NCBI GenBank assembly: GCA_030149205.1
Contig: JASBSB010000003.1
Coordinates: 270,001 to 302,000 of the forward strand
DNA from: Candidatus Heimdallarchaeota archaeon
GTDB taxonomy: Archaea; Asgardarchaeota; Heimdallarchaeia; Heimdallarchaeales; Kariarchaeaceae
Direction of reading: 5' to 3'
DNA length: 32,000 nucleotides
Numbering within the stretch: position 1 is the first letter of the stretch; each line of letters starts with the position of its first letter. Below the pieces are notes generated by a model that was not told the DNA's origin, made no database searches, and worked only from the letters and a program-made list of their open reading frames with translations. Made by a program: the position numbers and the translations under genes. This document shows, piece by piece, positions 9,398-18,158 of this stretch.

Positions 9398-10894
9398 TCA
9401 CTCCATATTTATTCCAGAACTAACTGGTGATTGTCTTAGCCACTCTAAGTCTTGTGAAAATAACTCACGAATATCACTGATGTTGTGTTTAACCATAAAC
9501 AACCTATCTATACCTAATCCCCAAGCAATTACAGGATAGTCGATTCCAAATGGTTGAACCACCTCAGGTCTAAATATACCTGCACCACCAAATTCTATCC
9601 TCCCTATAGTTGGATGTTCAGCGCTTAGTTCAACAGAAGGTGAGGTGAATGGGTAATAATCTGGTCGAAAACTTATGTTCTCAGCCCCTGCTATATCCTC
9701 TGCAAAAATTGTTAAGATTCCTAATAAATCTCTAAAGGTCAGACTTGGATCACAAACGATTCCTTCAACCTGATAAAATTCAGCACCATGAGTTGCATCG
9801 ATATCATCTGGTCGAAAGCATTTTGCAATTGAAAAATACTTAGCTGGTGGTTTTACGTTCCTTAAGGTTCTTGCAGACAAAGTTGTCCCCTGAGGTCTCA
9901 ATAGGAACCTTGACGCCTTTTTATAGTCCCATGAATATCTATGTCCTTTAGATCCAGTTTTCCATCCAGTTTCATGTGTCTCTCTTACATTTTCTACGAA
10001 TTCCTCCTTAGGGAGTATCCCGTGATCATGCGGATTAATCAGAAAAATATCCTGATCTTCTCTTGAGGGGTGGTCTTGTGGTGAGTAGAGTGAATCAAAA
10101 TTCCAGAATTCCATTTCAACTAGACTACCTTTCATCTCTTGAAATCCCAGAGCCATAAGGTTTTGACGAACAAAGTCATGAAAGTGGCGGTAGATGTGAT
10201 ATTTTCCAATGTTGAGTCGCCTTGGTTTGGTTTTTATGTTATAGGGTTTTATAACATAATTTTTCCACCTGCCAGAGGCAATGAGCTCGGGAGTTAGTTT
10301 AGTTAATTCCTCTTGAACCTTGATCTCTTTTAGTTGAATTTCATCAATTTTAGGAATGATTTTTGTGATTTGTACTTCTGAGGTTTGAATTAAACCTCTT
10401 CCAATAAGCTCTTCAATCTCCTGAGAAATAGGAGGTTTTATTGAAGTTATCATAGCTAACATTTTTGTGTTCTCTTTTACAAAACTCTCAAATGAAGCCT
10501 TATCATTTAGAGAAATCTCACCATTTTTGATGTTGATAAATTTCTTCCTTTTTAACAATCCAATACCAGCTGAAATTTCTTGTTTATCACCTTTAACCTC
10601 CTGAAAAACCGACTGCATGGAAACTCTTTCTTTATCTGTCAAGAGTTGAAATAACCTGTTCTCTATCAATCCCTTCTCTAAAGCTTCTTTCCCACGTGAA
10701 GTCAATTCATATGCAATAACAGTTTTAACAATTTTATCAATAAGGTTGTTTTTATAAAGTGACTCAACCTCAGACGCAACCAAGTTAGGATCAAACTCAC
10801 TTTTAACCGTTAGTTCATCAAGTTGAATTTTTCCAGATTGAAGTATTTGCTCTAGTATCCTGTATGTAATTGGTTTAATGACTACTTTATTCAT
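9398..10894 (-). CDS. pheS: Phenylalanyl-tRNA synthetase alpha subunit, archaeal/eukaryotic type with N-terminal winged-helix extension
   Basis: WNFDSLYSPQDHPSRE, FRPDDIDATHGAEFYQVEG, FRPDYYPFTSPSVE, EFGGAGIFRPEV, AWGLGIDRL; SD AGGTGA. Confidence 0.97.
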   Translation of the reverse strand: MNKVVIKPITYRILEQILQSGKIQLDELTVKSEFDPNLVASEVESLYKNNLIDKIVKTVIAYELTSRGKEALEKGLIENRLFQLLTDKERVSMQSVFQEVKGDKQEISAGIGLLKRKKFINIKNGEISLNDKASFESFVKENTKMLAMITSIKPPISQEIEELIGRGLIQTSEVQITKIIPKIDEIQLKEIKVQEELTKLTPELIASGRWKNYVIKPYNIKTKPRRLNIGKYHIYRHFHDFVRQNLMALGFQEMKGSLVEMEFWNFDSLYSPQDHPSREDQDIFLINPHDHGILPKEEFVENVRETHETGWKTGSKGHRYSWDYKKASRFLLRPQGTTLSARTLRNVKPPAKYFSIAKCFRPDDIDATHGAEFYQVEGIVCDPSLTFRDLLGILTIFAEDIAGAENISFRPDYYPFTSPSVELSAEHPTIGRIEFGGAGIFRPEVVQPFGIDYPVIAWGLGIDRLFMVKHNISDIRELFSQDLEWLRQSPVSSGINME

Positions 10895-11086
10895 AATTTC
10901 ACCTGTCTATCATGAATTTTAGATGTACAATCCTTCTTAATATTGATCATTAAAATTCCAAGGCAACAAACCTCTTTGAAAGTTCCTTTATTTAGGATTT
11001 AAAAACTTTCTTGAAATTTTCAGATTTATCATAAAATTTGATTTACTAACCGAATAGCTAAATAACAAGAAGTGACTTTGACCTTA

Positions 11087-11151
11087 GGCAATGATGAAAA
11101 AACCCCAGAAGGAGTCAATAGACGATGAAATCCACACGACAATTCTGAGCC
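11087..11151 (+). ncRNA. Box C/D guide sRNA (candidate 2'-O-methylation guide)
   Basis: Terminal stem GGC(11087-89)/GCC(11149-51), perfect C box ATGATGA (11091-97), perfect D box CTGA (11145-48), C'-like ACGATGA (11122-28), degenerate D' (CAGA 11106-09 or AGGA 11110-13). About 65 nt, intergenic. Confidence 0.8.
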
Positions 11152-11159
11152 ATTATACT

Positions 11160-11489
11160 TTACCCAAATAACTGTTCTATCCCTTCGATCTCTTTCTTCA
11201 AACTATGAAGAGTTCCAGATTTCGAAATAATTTTTACAAACTGATCTTGGAAAGCCAAGATAAACCCACTTTCAACCTCTGAAATCTGTTCAAGATTTGA
11301 TTGTAATATGATGAGTTGCCCTTTTATTGTATCTTCTAAGCTTATAAGAGTTAGATTAGACTTTGCTAGGGTAATATCCCCGTACAAATTTTGAATTTTC
11401 AGTCGAATCAGTTCAAGAAGGTTCTTTTTTGAAAAATTTCCAGGGTAAATAAACCCCAACAAGTACCTTTTTTTGGAATGCTTTATCAT
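11160..11489 (-). CDS. rnp2: RNase P protein subunit Pop5/Rpp14
   Basis: N-terminal KKRY motif, C-terminal SGTLHSLK, 109 aa, directly after Rpp30 with a 4-nt overlap; conserved operon position. Confidence 0.82.
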   Translation of the reverse strand: MIKHSKKRYLLGFIYPGNFSKKNLLELIRLKIQNLYGDITLAKSNLTLISLEDTIKGQLIILQSNLEQISEVESGFILAFQDQFVKIISKSGTLHSLKKEIEGIEQLFG

Positions 11490-12124
11490 AATTTCACCTC
11501 ATCTATCCCAACATATTCAGATTTCCTCTTAGTTTGATTATTTAAGACTCTTTGTTGAACTTTAGCAGAAGACGTTAATGTGGGAGGAAGTCCAAATGTC
11601 TTTGCAACTGATTGTAAATCTTTGTAGCTTCTGATTAAATTTAAATCAACAACATTTAAGTAAAGAAAACATGGAACCTTACAGAAATTTACCTCGCGGA
11701 TCAGTCTAAAAAATTCCTTTGCTTTCCATTGATTGACCTCTGTGTAAAAGGGTGACAAATCTATACCAATTTGTATCCCTTGCCTTTTGAGTTTTTTTAA
11801 AAATTCTTGCTTGAAGTAAGATTTGTTGATGCCAAGTTCAAAGGTAACTATATCGATCAAACTAAAATCAAATTGTCCCAATTTGATAGAATTTTTATTT
11901 ATTAGTAAATTTATAAGATCTACTCGTTTTCTAACTTTCATTATTTTATTTGTCAACTGCTTCATCGACTGTGTATCAGAACTAATAGTCATTAAGGAGG
12001 TTATATTGGAGGATTTCTCAAATTTTGATAATTCATAAATAAAAGAATCGGTCTTAGAAAGAATCTTTAGAATATTGGAATCCATTTTTTGAATGGTTGC
12101 AGGAAGGAGTGTTAGATTCTTCAT
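11486..12124 (-). CDS. rnp3: RNase P protein subunit Rpp30 (divergent)
   Basis: C-terminal LIRSYKDLQSVAKTFGL and NNQTKRKSEYVG resemble the Rpp30 LRSPRDLxAL and RNRxK motifs; lies between COG1325 and Pop5. Confidence 0.72.
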   Translation of the reverse strand: MKNLTLLPATIQKMDSNILKILSKTDSFIYELSKFEKSSNITSLMTISSDTQSMKQLTNKIMKVRKRVDLINLLINKNSIKLGQFDFSLIDIVTFELGINKSYFKQEFLKKLKRQGIQIGIDLSPFYTEVNQWKAKEFFRLIREVNFCKVPCFLYLNVVDLNLIRSYKDLQSVAKTFGLPPTLTSSAKVQQRVLNNQTKRKSEYVGIDEVKL

Positions 12125-12127
12125 TGT

Positions 12128-12538
12128 TCATCTCAAAAACTTACTGAGCTCTGTCTTGATATCATCTATTTCATTCTTATTATATGTTGTGAATTTTATT
12201 TCCATTCTTATAATATCTGATGTTTCACTTAAGCGTATTGGATTTTCTACCTCAAAGAAAGCGAATTTATCTAATTTTAAAATTAGCTTCCTGTCCGATT
12301 CGATGAAGAACTTGCCAAAGTTTTCGAAAATGTTGGATTTATCGGTTATTGATAATCTATTCAAGACTTTTTCGAATAATTTCTTTGCTTTGTTCTTATG
12401 AAAATGAACTGTCCAGATCTGGATTGAGTCTCCAAACTGACCAAAAACAGTCTCCTTGCTAGCGATAGATTGTATACCGAATTCATTTTCAAGCAACTCA
12501 TCGATTTTCTCTAGTAAAATAGTAGCATCTTCAGTCAC
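12128..12538 (-). CDS. Predicted RNA-binding protein, COG1325/DUF54 family (exosome superoperon-associated)
   Basis: VFGQFGDSI and LILKLDKFAF...DIIRMEIKF match the family pattern GHYGNPI...LYLRxDKQ...DxIxVxIK; canonical position between rpl15e and rpp30. Confidence 0.72.
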   Translation of the reverse strand: MTEDATILLEKIDELLENEFGIQSIASKETVFGQFGDSIQIWTVHFHKNKAKKLFEKVLNRLSITDKSNIFENFGKFFIESDRKLILKLDKFAFFEVENPIRLSETSDIIRMEIKFTTYNKNEIDDIKTELSKFLR

Positions 12539-12606
12539 GTATGTGAAAAAAATTAATTTTGCATAACTGATTTGGATAATATCAACTCATTATTTGTTGT
12601 GTATAT

Positions 12607-13191
12607 CTATTTAAGTCTTCTTCCATGTCTTCTTAGACTTGGTCTGGCTTTCTCTGCACCAAATCCTTTCCTGTTCAATCCTCTTGATCTCTTTCCAGCA
12701 CTAGTTAAGCCTCTAAATACCCTTCTGGTATTATTCTTCTTGAAGATCCAAGAAATTCTATGGTCATTGACAATTGCAGGATGTACGGGATCAACGAGAA
12801 TTATTTCAAACCATTTGCTCCTTCCATCTTGTCCCACCCAATAGGAACCTAAAACCTCTAAGTTTGTGTATTTTCTAGATGCTCTGGTTTCAGCAATCCA
12901 TCGTAGGTTCCTTCCTGATGTCTTATCCACCGCAAGATTTACTCCACGACTCCTACCTCTTGTAGGTCTAGACATCCTTCTCGCACCACGTCTAACTTTT
13001 GCTCGAACTATCACATATCCAGGTTTGGCCTTATATCCCAACGATCTGGCTCTGTCGATTCTTAAAGGGCGGTTTACCCTAAGGATCGTAGGTTCTCTTC
13101 TCCATTGAATCAAACGTGGTCTTTGGATCTCTTTGAATTCATTTGAATTTCTATTTCGCCAAAAATCTCTAACATTTTTGTATAGGTTCAT
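12607..13191 (-). CDS. rpl15e: 50S ribosomal protein L15e
   Basis: IDRARSLGYKAKPGYVIVR, NLEVLGSYWVGQDG, RVFRGLTSAGKRSRGL, RPSLR; SD GAGGTGA. Confidence 0.97.
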   Translation of the reverse strand: MNLYKNVRDFWRNRNSNEFKEIQRPRLIQWRREPTILRVNRPLRIDRARSLGYKAKPGYVIVRAKVRRGARRMSRPTRGRSRGVNLAVDKTSGRNLRWIAETRASRKYTNLEVLGSYWVGQDGRSKWFEIILVDPVHPAIVNDHRISWIFKKNNTRRVFRGLTSAGKRSRGLNRKGFGAEKARPSLRRHGRRLK

Positions 13192-13205
13192 TTTTTACTT
13201 CACCT

Positions 13206-13231
13206 CTGTGTCACACATTGATCATACACAG
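13206..13231 (-). promoter_or_regulatory. Canonical kink-turn in the rpl15e 5' leader (candidate L7Ae binding site)
   Basis: Minus strand reads CTGTG-TAT-GATCA-ATG-TGTGA-CACAG: 5-bp C-stem, 3-nt bulge, tandem G-A/A-G, U-U, C-G, A-U, 3-nt loop. Last G overlaps the SD GAGGTGA; TTTAATAA TATA-like box at 13254-13261. Confidence 0.72.
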
Positions 13232-13323
13232 TTAATTTACATCAGATTAATTGTTATTAAAAATAAACTATCGTGTCACTAAAAATAATTAAAATTGTTT
13301 ATATGAACTATAGAGATTTCAAA

Positions 13324-16300
13324 TTACTTTCTTAACTTCTTTCTCACAATCCATGCAACAGCAACAAAGGCAAGGAAAACAGGTAGAGGAGAAATGGGGA
13401 TAAATCCTCCACCTGCAGATGGACTTGTTGGTTTTGGAAAGTTCGGTAAAACTTCAACTATCGTCTCATGAACTGTCGATTTTCCAAAATCATCAGTTGC
13501 AATAAGTTTAAGAACAAAGATACCTACTTTTTTGGGAGAAATTTGCGTTAAATAGGTGAACTCTGTATTATCCCAACTCATTTTCTTGGGGGAAGTAAGA
13601 TTTCCTGAAATTTGAATTGATTTTGGTGCAAAGCTACTTAATGAGAGGACAATTGTTTGAGTTGAACCATTAAGTACAGCAATGTGAGTTGGTCCGATTA
13701 CCTTTGGTCCTTTGAAGAAGTCCTGGGGGGTGAATTCTGGAGTATAATCGACCAAATTTTCAATTACCTGTTGGCTTTCATAGGAACTTGAATATAGCAA
13801 TGAGGTGGATAAGTACATTATATACCCTGAACCAATTTTCTTTGCTAGTACAGAAATTTCAGAGAATTGATTTTGGTCTCCTACAAGTAAATAATCATTA
13901 GTTCCATATCCTGAAAAATAGCCAGTTGGATTATCAAAAGGTGTTACACTCACTCGATTTGGTGTGAAGAATAGCTTTGCATTTGGTTCCAGAATTCTTA
14001 CTGGATGAGGGGTCACATATTGATTGTAAACTAGACCACCCACCAATGTAATAAGATTGGGTTTTGTAGAGTTATAATACCCCGACCCCTCGTTTATTAC
14101 ATATTTAATGGAACCACCATTTTCAGCAACCTTGAGCAAATCAGAGTTATATTTTGAAAAATTTAAATTGGGTGTCCCATAATAGAAGTTTGGTCTCAAC
14201 AGATAAATTTCCGAGAATTCAGTAATGTCCACTGAAGAGGTAGGGTCAAAAGGATTTATACGAACTATCTCTACATTCGAATCTCTTCGTAAAGCTGATT
14301 CAAAGTTATATGAATAGGAACTTGAAATTAATAGAATTCGCTTAACAACCCTAACAAACCCACTGACAAAGTTATCATCAAGAAAAGTCTCACTCCCAAC
14401 TTTTGCGAGATTACCTGTTAGCAAGAATGAGCTTAAAGTTGTGGCTCTGTATTTGAATACCATAATCAGTGTTCCTCCAGCTTTGATAGAGGGTACTTGA
14501 ATTGTAGTAAGTTCTGAATTTACTTTAACGTCTAATGTTGTTATAGGAGAGGATCTGCTTCCAGTGTTCGTTACAATGAAATAATAGTTTGTGGTTGTGT
14601 TTATTCCAGCATTTGATCCCCATAGGTTCATGTGTAGATTATCAGTTGGTACAGGTAATACCCCAGGTCCATAAATTGCGTACACCTTATTTGGAGAGCC
14701 ACCGTATGTATAGTTCGTAGATACTCCTTGCTCTAAAAGCAATCCAGTTAATTGGTCGTAGATTGAATAAACTCCACCATATGGTGATATCCCTTCCCAG
14801 GTTGACCGAATACTTCCTTGATAATTATATGAACCAGCTTTGTCAATAGTAGTATAATCATTTGTCCATCCTATGCCCTCTCCATCAGGTATTGCAAAAG
14901 GAAAAATGGAACCAAAATCTGTTTTAAATGTCAAAATATTGAAAAGGTAAGTATTTGTAAATGAAAATGAAGAGTTCAAAATGTTACCTATCAATCTAAA
15001 TTCTACATAAATTGGGTCAATAGTTGATTTGAATTCAAAACTATAGTTTGCAAATATGCCACCTTGCCTACCAATTACACCGTTAAGTGAGAACCATATC
15101 TTTTTGTTAAGAGGTACGTTTAACCTTGACTGGAGTGCCTTTATTGAAAATTCATAGAAATTATTGGCTAGATTAGTCTCATTAAGGTATTTCGTAGTTG
15201 AAAAATTAAAGTTATGAATGCCTTTAACAGATGCATTCCATTGGTATTGAACTATAACTCCTCTTCCAGCCTGAACATCGGTTGTACCTGTTAGGACTAT
15301 TGTTTTATTTATAGAGAGTGAGTAACTAACAGATGTTGCATTTTTCAATCCAAAATTTAAAATCATAAATTTAAAAGTTGAATTAGAATTAACAAGTTTG
15401 TAGGCTGAAGGTGTCTTAACGGGATGAACTCCAATTTCATTTTCAGCAATCTTTGTTGAAATTTTTGTAAACTTTATACTTGTGTTGCTTAAGAAATTGA
15501 AACTATCTTTGCTTATTTCTAATGCATCATTCGAACCCGCACCTTTATTTAATCCAATAGAGGTTGATCTACTTTGAGTTGCACTTAAATAATTAAAAAC
15601 TATTTCATTTTTATTGTTAAGAACTACTTGGAAGGAAACCAATCCTGCAACGTTAAAGCTTCGAAGATCTTTCCATTGGAATATTACATGGTCTTTGTAG
15701 GATTTAAAGGAGAAATGAGTAGTATTTATGTCTCTGTACGAAATATAAAATGTCGGATCAAAAAAAGGTGCAATTATGTAAGGATACCGATTCGTAGGAA
15801 ACTTAACAGACTCATAAGAAGAAACAAAAACAGGGTCATAAACTGGAGATAAAGCACCTGATGGTGACATAAACATAATGTCACTCTTATACCCATAGAG
15901 ATCAAATACAAAAGGAAGTTTTATAGGACCAAAGCCACCGGATCCTAGAGTGAAATTAGTTGCCCCACTTGAGGCATCACTCCATGTAGTTGATGTAGCA
16001 CTATACTCATAAGTAGATGTGGGTAGATCAAAGATCATGGAGTTATTGTTATTGTTAGTGTTGATCTCACCAGTAACGGGGTCAACAGTAAGTGTATAGT
16101 TAAAGGTTCCACCTCCAGTTGAAATCAGAGTATAATTTACAGAATAAATTGAACCTGTAGACAACGAGGGAATAGTTTTTTGTTTAACGACTTTACCATT
16201 TTCAAATAGTCTGACTATTAAGTTAGATTCTGTTGTTGTTCCAAAATTTAACACAGATCCTCTAATTATTATCGGGGACAATGCACTCGCATCAATGACC

Positions 16301-17820
16301 GGATCCATCAAAGCTATTAGGTCATTAGTTGGTCTTTTTGCCGAAGAAACTGAATTAAGTGCATCTATACGACCATATCCAAATTTCTCATCAAATCCTT
16401 TAGTTCCAAGGTCTTTTGAGGTAGTTCTCAAGAGATAATTGATTTCTTCCTTGTTAAGGTCGTTTTGTTTTACTAACATCAATGCTATCAATCCACTAAC
16501 ATGGGGTGTCGCCATAGAGGTTCCAGATTTTGATCCATATGTATTATGAAGAAGTGTTGAATAAATATCTGAACCAGGGGCTGCAACATCAACAGATTTC
16601 CCATATGAACTAAAATATGAAAGACCATCACTTTGATCCGTGGAAGATACGGTAATCACCCCAGGAATAGCACCTGGATAATGTGAATCTGCATCTGGCC
16701 CAAACCCATTGCCTGCTGCTGCAACAACTATCACTCCTTTTGATAATGCATAGTCCACTGCATCTTTAATAATGTCAGAAGGAGGACCACCCCAAGAATT
16801 ACTTAGAATATCAGCACCATTGTCCACTGCATGTATAATTGCTTTGGCACCGTCAGTATCTGAACCAAAACCTCCTGAAGAGAGGAATTTTTCAGCCATA
16901 ACCTGAACATATGTGCTCCCCTGACCAGCAACTCCAGCAATACCTAAATTGTTATTTATTTTTGCTGCTATAATACCTGCAACATGTGTTCCATGTCCAT
17001 GGTCATCCATTGGATCATTGGTATTGTGATAAAAATCATAGCCCCCTGTTTTATATATGGGAGAAATATCGGGATGTGTATAGTCGATACCTGTGTCGAT
17101 TACTGCAACTACAATTGGTTTTATTGGGGTTCCAGTAATTAAATCCCAGGCTTTGTCTGCACCGATTTTTTGAGGACCCCACTGCCTGTACCAATCGGGA
17201 TCATTGGGGATCGAATTTAATTCAACATCTGTAACCGATTGTAATTCATCAATTTTCATCTGAGCAACTTCCGCAATTGACAAAATTTGATTGTTCCCAG
17301 ACTTAAGTAATTCAGTGTTAATTGATATAATATCACCACTTATCTGAATTCTATTCAATTCAGGAATTGTATTCTTCAGTGTTACCTTTGTAAGGTCAAG
17401 TCCTTGGGTAAATTGAATTAATTCTGCCACATTTGAGAATTTAAGATTTAGATCTAAAGTCCTACCATTCTCAAAGAGATTTGGATTAACAACTAAATCC
17501 TGTAATGCAGGAGACACAAGATCATTAGGGACAGAAATATCATGAGCTTTCAATTTGTCTTTTAATGCAATCATCCTCGGTGTCTCAAAATCAGGGACAA
17601 AATTCGTTGAAGATTGTTCGGCTTTTGCCGTTTTCATAAAATCTTTCTGGGAATTTCCAGCTACCGTGTTAGCTTGAATGCCATCAGTAGATATAGATTT
17701 TATCTCTGGCGTCATCGAGTTTATACTTTTTGTGTAACCTAAAGTAGGTGTCACTAAAAACAAAAGTACAAACACAATAACCCCGAATTTAATAATTCGA
17801 GATTTATTATTTATTTTCAC
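13324..17820 (-). CDS. Large secreted S8 (thermitase-like) protease with CARDB-like repeats, a NIDO-like domain, a GATase-like alpha/beta domain and a GGF-TM-basic anchor
   Basis: Signal peptide; full triad VAVIDTGID, DDHGHGTHVAG, GTSMATPH plus AAAGNG. Three CARDB-like units ending ExNxxNN/DDN; LPFVFDLYG...IIAPFFD...IFQW...FQVVL resembles NIDO; tail SAGGGFIP-hydrophobic-RKKLRK. GTG start with SD GGTGA. Confidence 0.92.
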   Translation of the reverse strand: MKINNKSRIIKFGVIVFVLLFLVTPTLGYTKSINSMTPEIKSISTDGIQANTVAGNSQKDFMKTAKAEQSSTNFVPDFETPRMIALKDKLKAHDISVPNDLVSPALQDLVVNPNLFENGRTLDLNLKFSNVAELIQFTQGLDLTKVTLKNTIPELNRIQISGDIISINTELLKSGNNQILSIAEVAQMKIDELQSVTDVELNSIPNDPDWYRQWGPQKIGADKAWDLITGTPIKPIVVAVIDTGIDYTHPDISPIYKTGGYDFYHNTNDPMDDHGHGTHVAGIIAAKINNNLGIAGVAGQGSTYVQVMAEKFLSSGGFGSDTDGAKAIIHAVDNGADILSNSWGGPPSDIIKDAVDYALSKGVIVVAAAGNGFGPDADSHYPGAIPGVITVSSTDQSDGLSYFSSYGKSVDVAAPGSDIYSTLLHNTYGSKSGTSMATPHVSGLIALMLVKQNDLNKEEINYLLRTTSKDLGTKGFDEKFGYGRIDALNSVSSAKRPTNDLIALMDPVIDASALSPIIIRGSVLNFGTTTESNLIVRLFENGKVVKQKTIPSLSTGSIYSVNYTLISTGGGTFNYTLTVDPVTGEINTNNNNNSMIFDLPTSTYEYSATSTTWSDASSGATNFTLGSGGFGPIKLPFVFDLYGYKSDIMFMSPSGALSPVYDPVFVSSYESVKFPTNRYPYIIAPFFDPTFYISYRDINTTHFSFKSYKDHVIFQWKDLRSFNVAGLVSFQVVLNNKNEIVFNYLSATQSRSTSIGLNKGAGSNDALEISKDSFNFLSNTSIKFTKISTKIAENEIGVHPVKTPSAYKLVNSNSTFKFMILNFGLKNATSVSYSLSINKTIVLTGTTDVQAGRGVIVQYQWNASVKGIHNFNFSTTKYLNETNLANNFYEFSIKALQSRLNVPLNKKIWFSLNGVIGRQGGIFANYSFEFKSTIDPIYVEFRLIGNILNSSFSFTNTYLFNILTFKTDFGSIFPFAIPDGEGIGWTNDYTTIDKAGSYNYQGSIRSTWEGISPYGGVYSIYDQLTGLLLEQGVSTNYTYGGSPNKVYAIYGPGVLPVPTDNLHMNLWGSNAGINTTTNYYFIVTNTGSRSSPITTLDVKVNSELTTIQVPSIKAGGTLIMVFKYRATTLSSFLLTGNLAKVGSETFLDDNFVSGFVRVVKRILLISSSYSYNFESALRRDSNVEIVRINPFDPTSSVDITEFSEIYLLRPNFYYGTPNLNFSKYNSDLLKVAENGGSIKYVINEGSGYYNSTKPNLITLVGGLVYNQYVTPHPVRILEPNAKLFFTPNRVSVTPFDNPTGYFSGYGTNDYLLVGDQNQFSEISVLAKKIGSGYIMYLSTSLLYSSSYESQQVIENLVDYTPEFTPQDFFKGPKVIGPTHIAVLNGSTQTIVLSLSSFAPKSIQISGNLTSPKKMSWDNTEFTYLTQISPKKVGIFVLKLIATDDFGKSTVHETIVEVLPNFPKPTSPSAGGGFIPISPLPVFLAFVAVAWIVRKKLRK

Positions 17821-17840
17821 TATTTCACCATCTTAATAAA

Positions 17841-17872
17841 AGGATAGGAACACTATCCTGTAGGAAAATTCC
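17841..17872. promoter_or_regulatory. Tandem palindromes over the predicted transcription start of the large S8 protease gene
   Basis: AGGATAG-gaaca-CTATCCT (17841-59) and GGAA-aa-TTCC (17863-72), between a minus-strand TTTATATA box (17881-88) and the SD/start. Confidence 0.42.
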
Positions 17873-18158
17873 CATGAGCATATATAAAACTATCTAATTG
17901 AATAATGTTGAACATCATAGTTCTAATCAGCTTAAATCCCAAGAAATTGCATTTTAACCTCTTTAGATTTTGACTTACAATTAAATTAACTTTACCTTCT
18001 TTTTGTAGATTGAAATTTCAGCAAGTATGGGAGTTTTGCAAACATGGTTACAAAAATTATGGACAAATAGTACATATTTAATTCAAAATCTAGCAATTTG
18101 AAAAATACCAAGGTTTCAAAAAACAAATACTTTTTACTCTCTAAACATAATAGAAATT

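Noticed and set aside
11098-11144. Partial complementarity of the sRNA guides to remembered 16S/23S segments (for example AAUUGGCGGGGG, CUGGGUUU)
   Set aside because: Several mismatches and this organism's rRNA is not available, so no target is claimed.
16041-16065. Low-complexity (GTT/ATT)n tract
   Set aside because: Encodes the NTNNNNNS end of a CARDB-like unit; not a contingency repeat.
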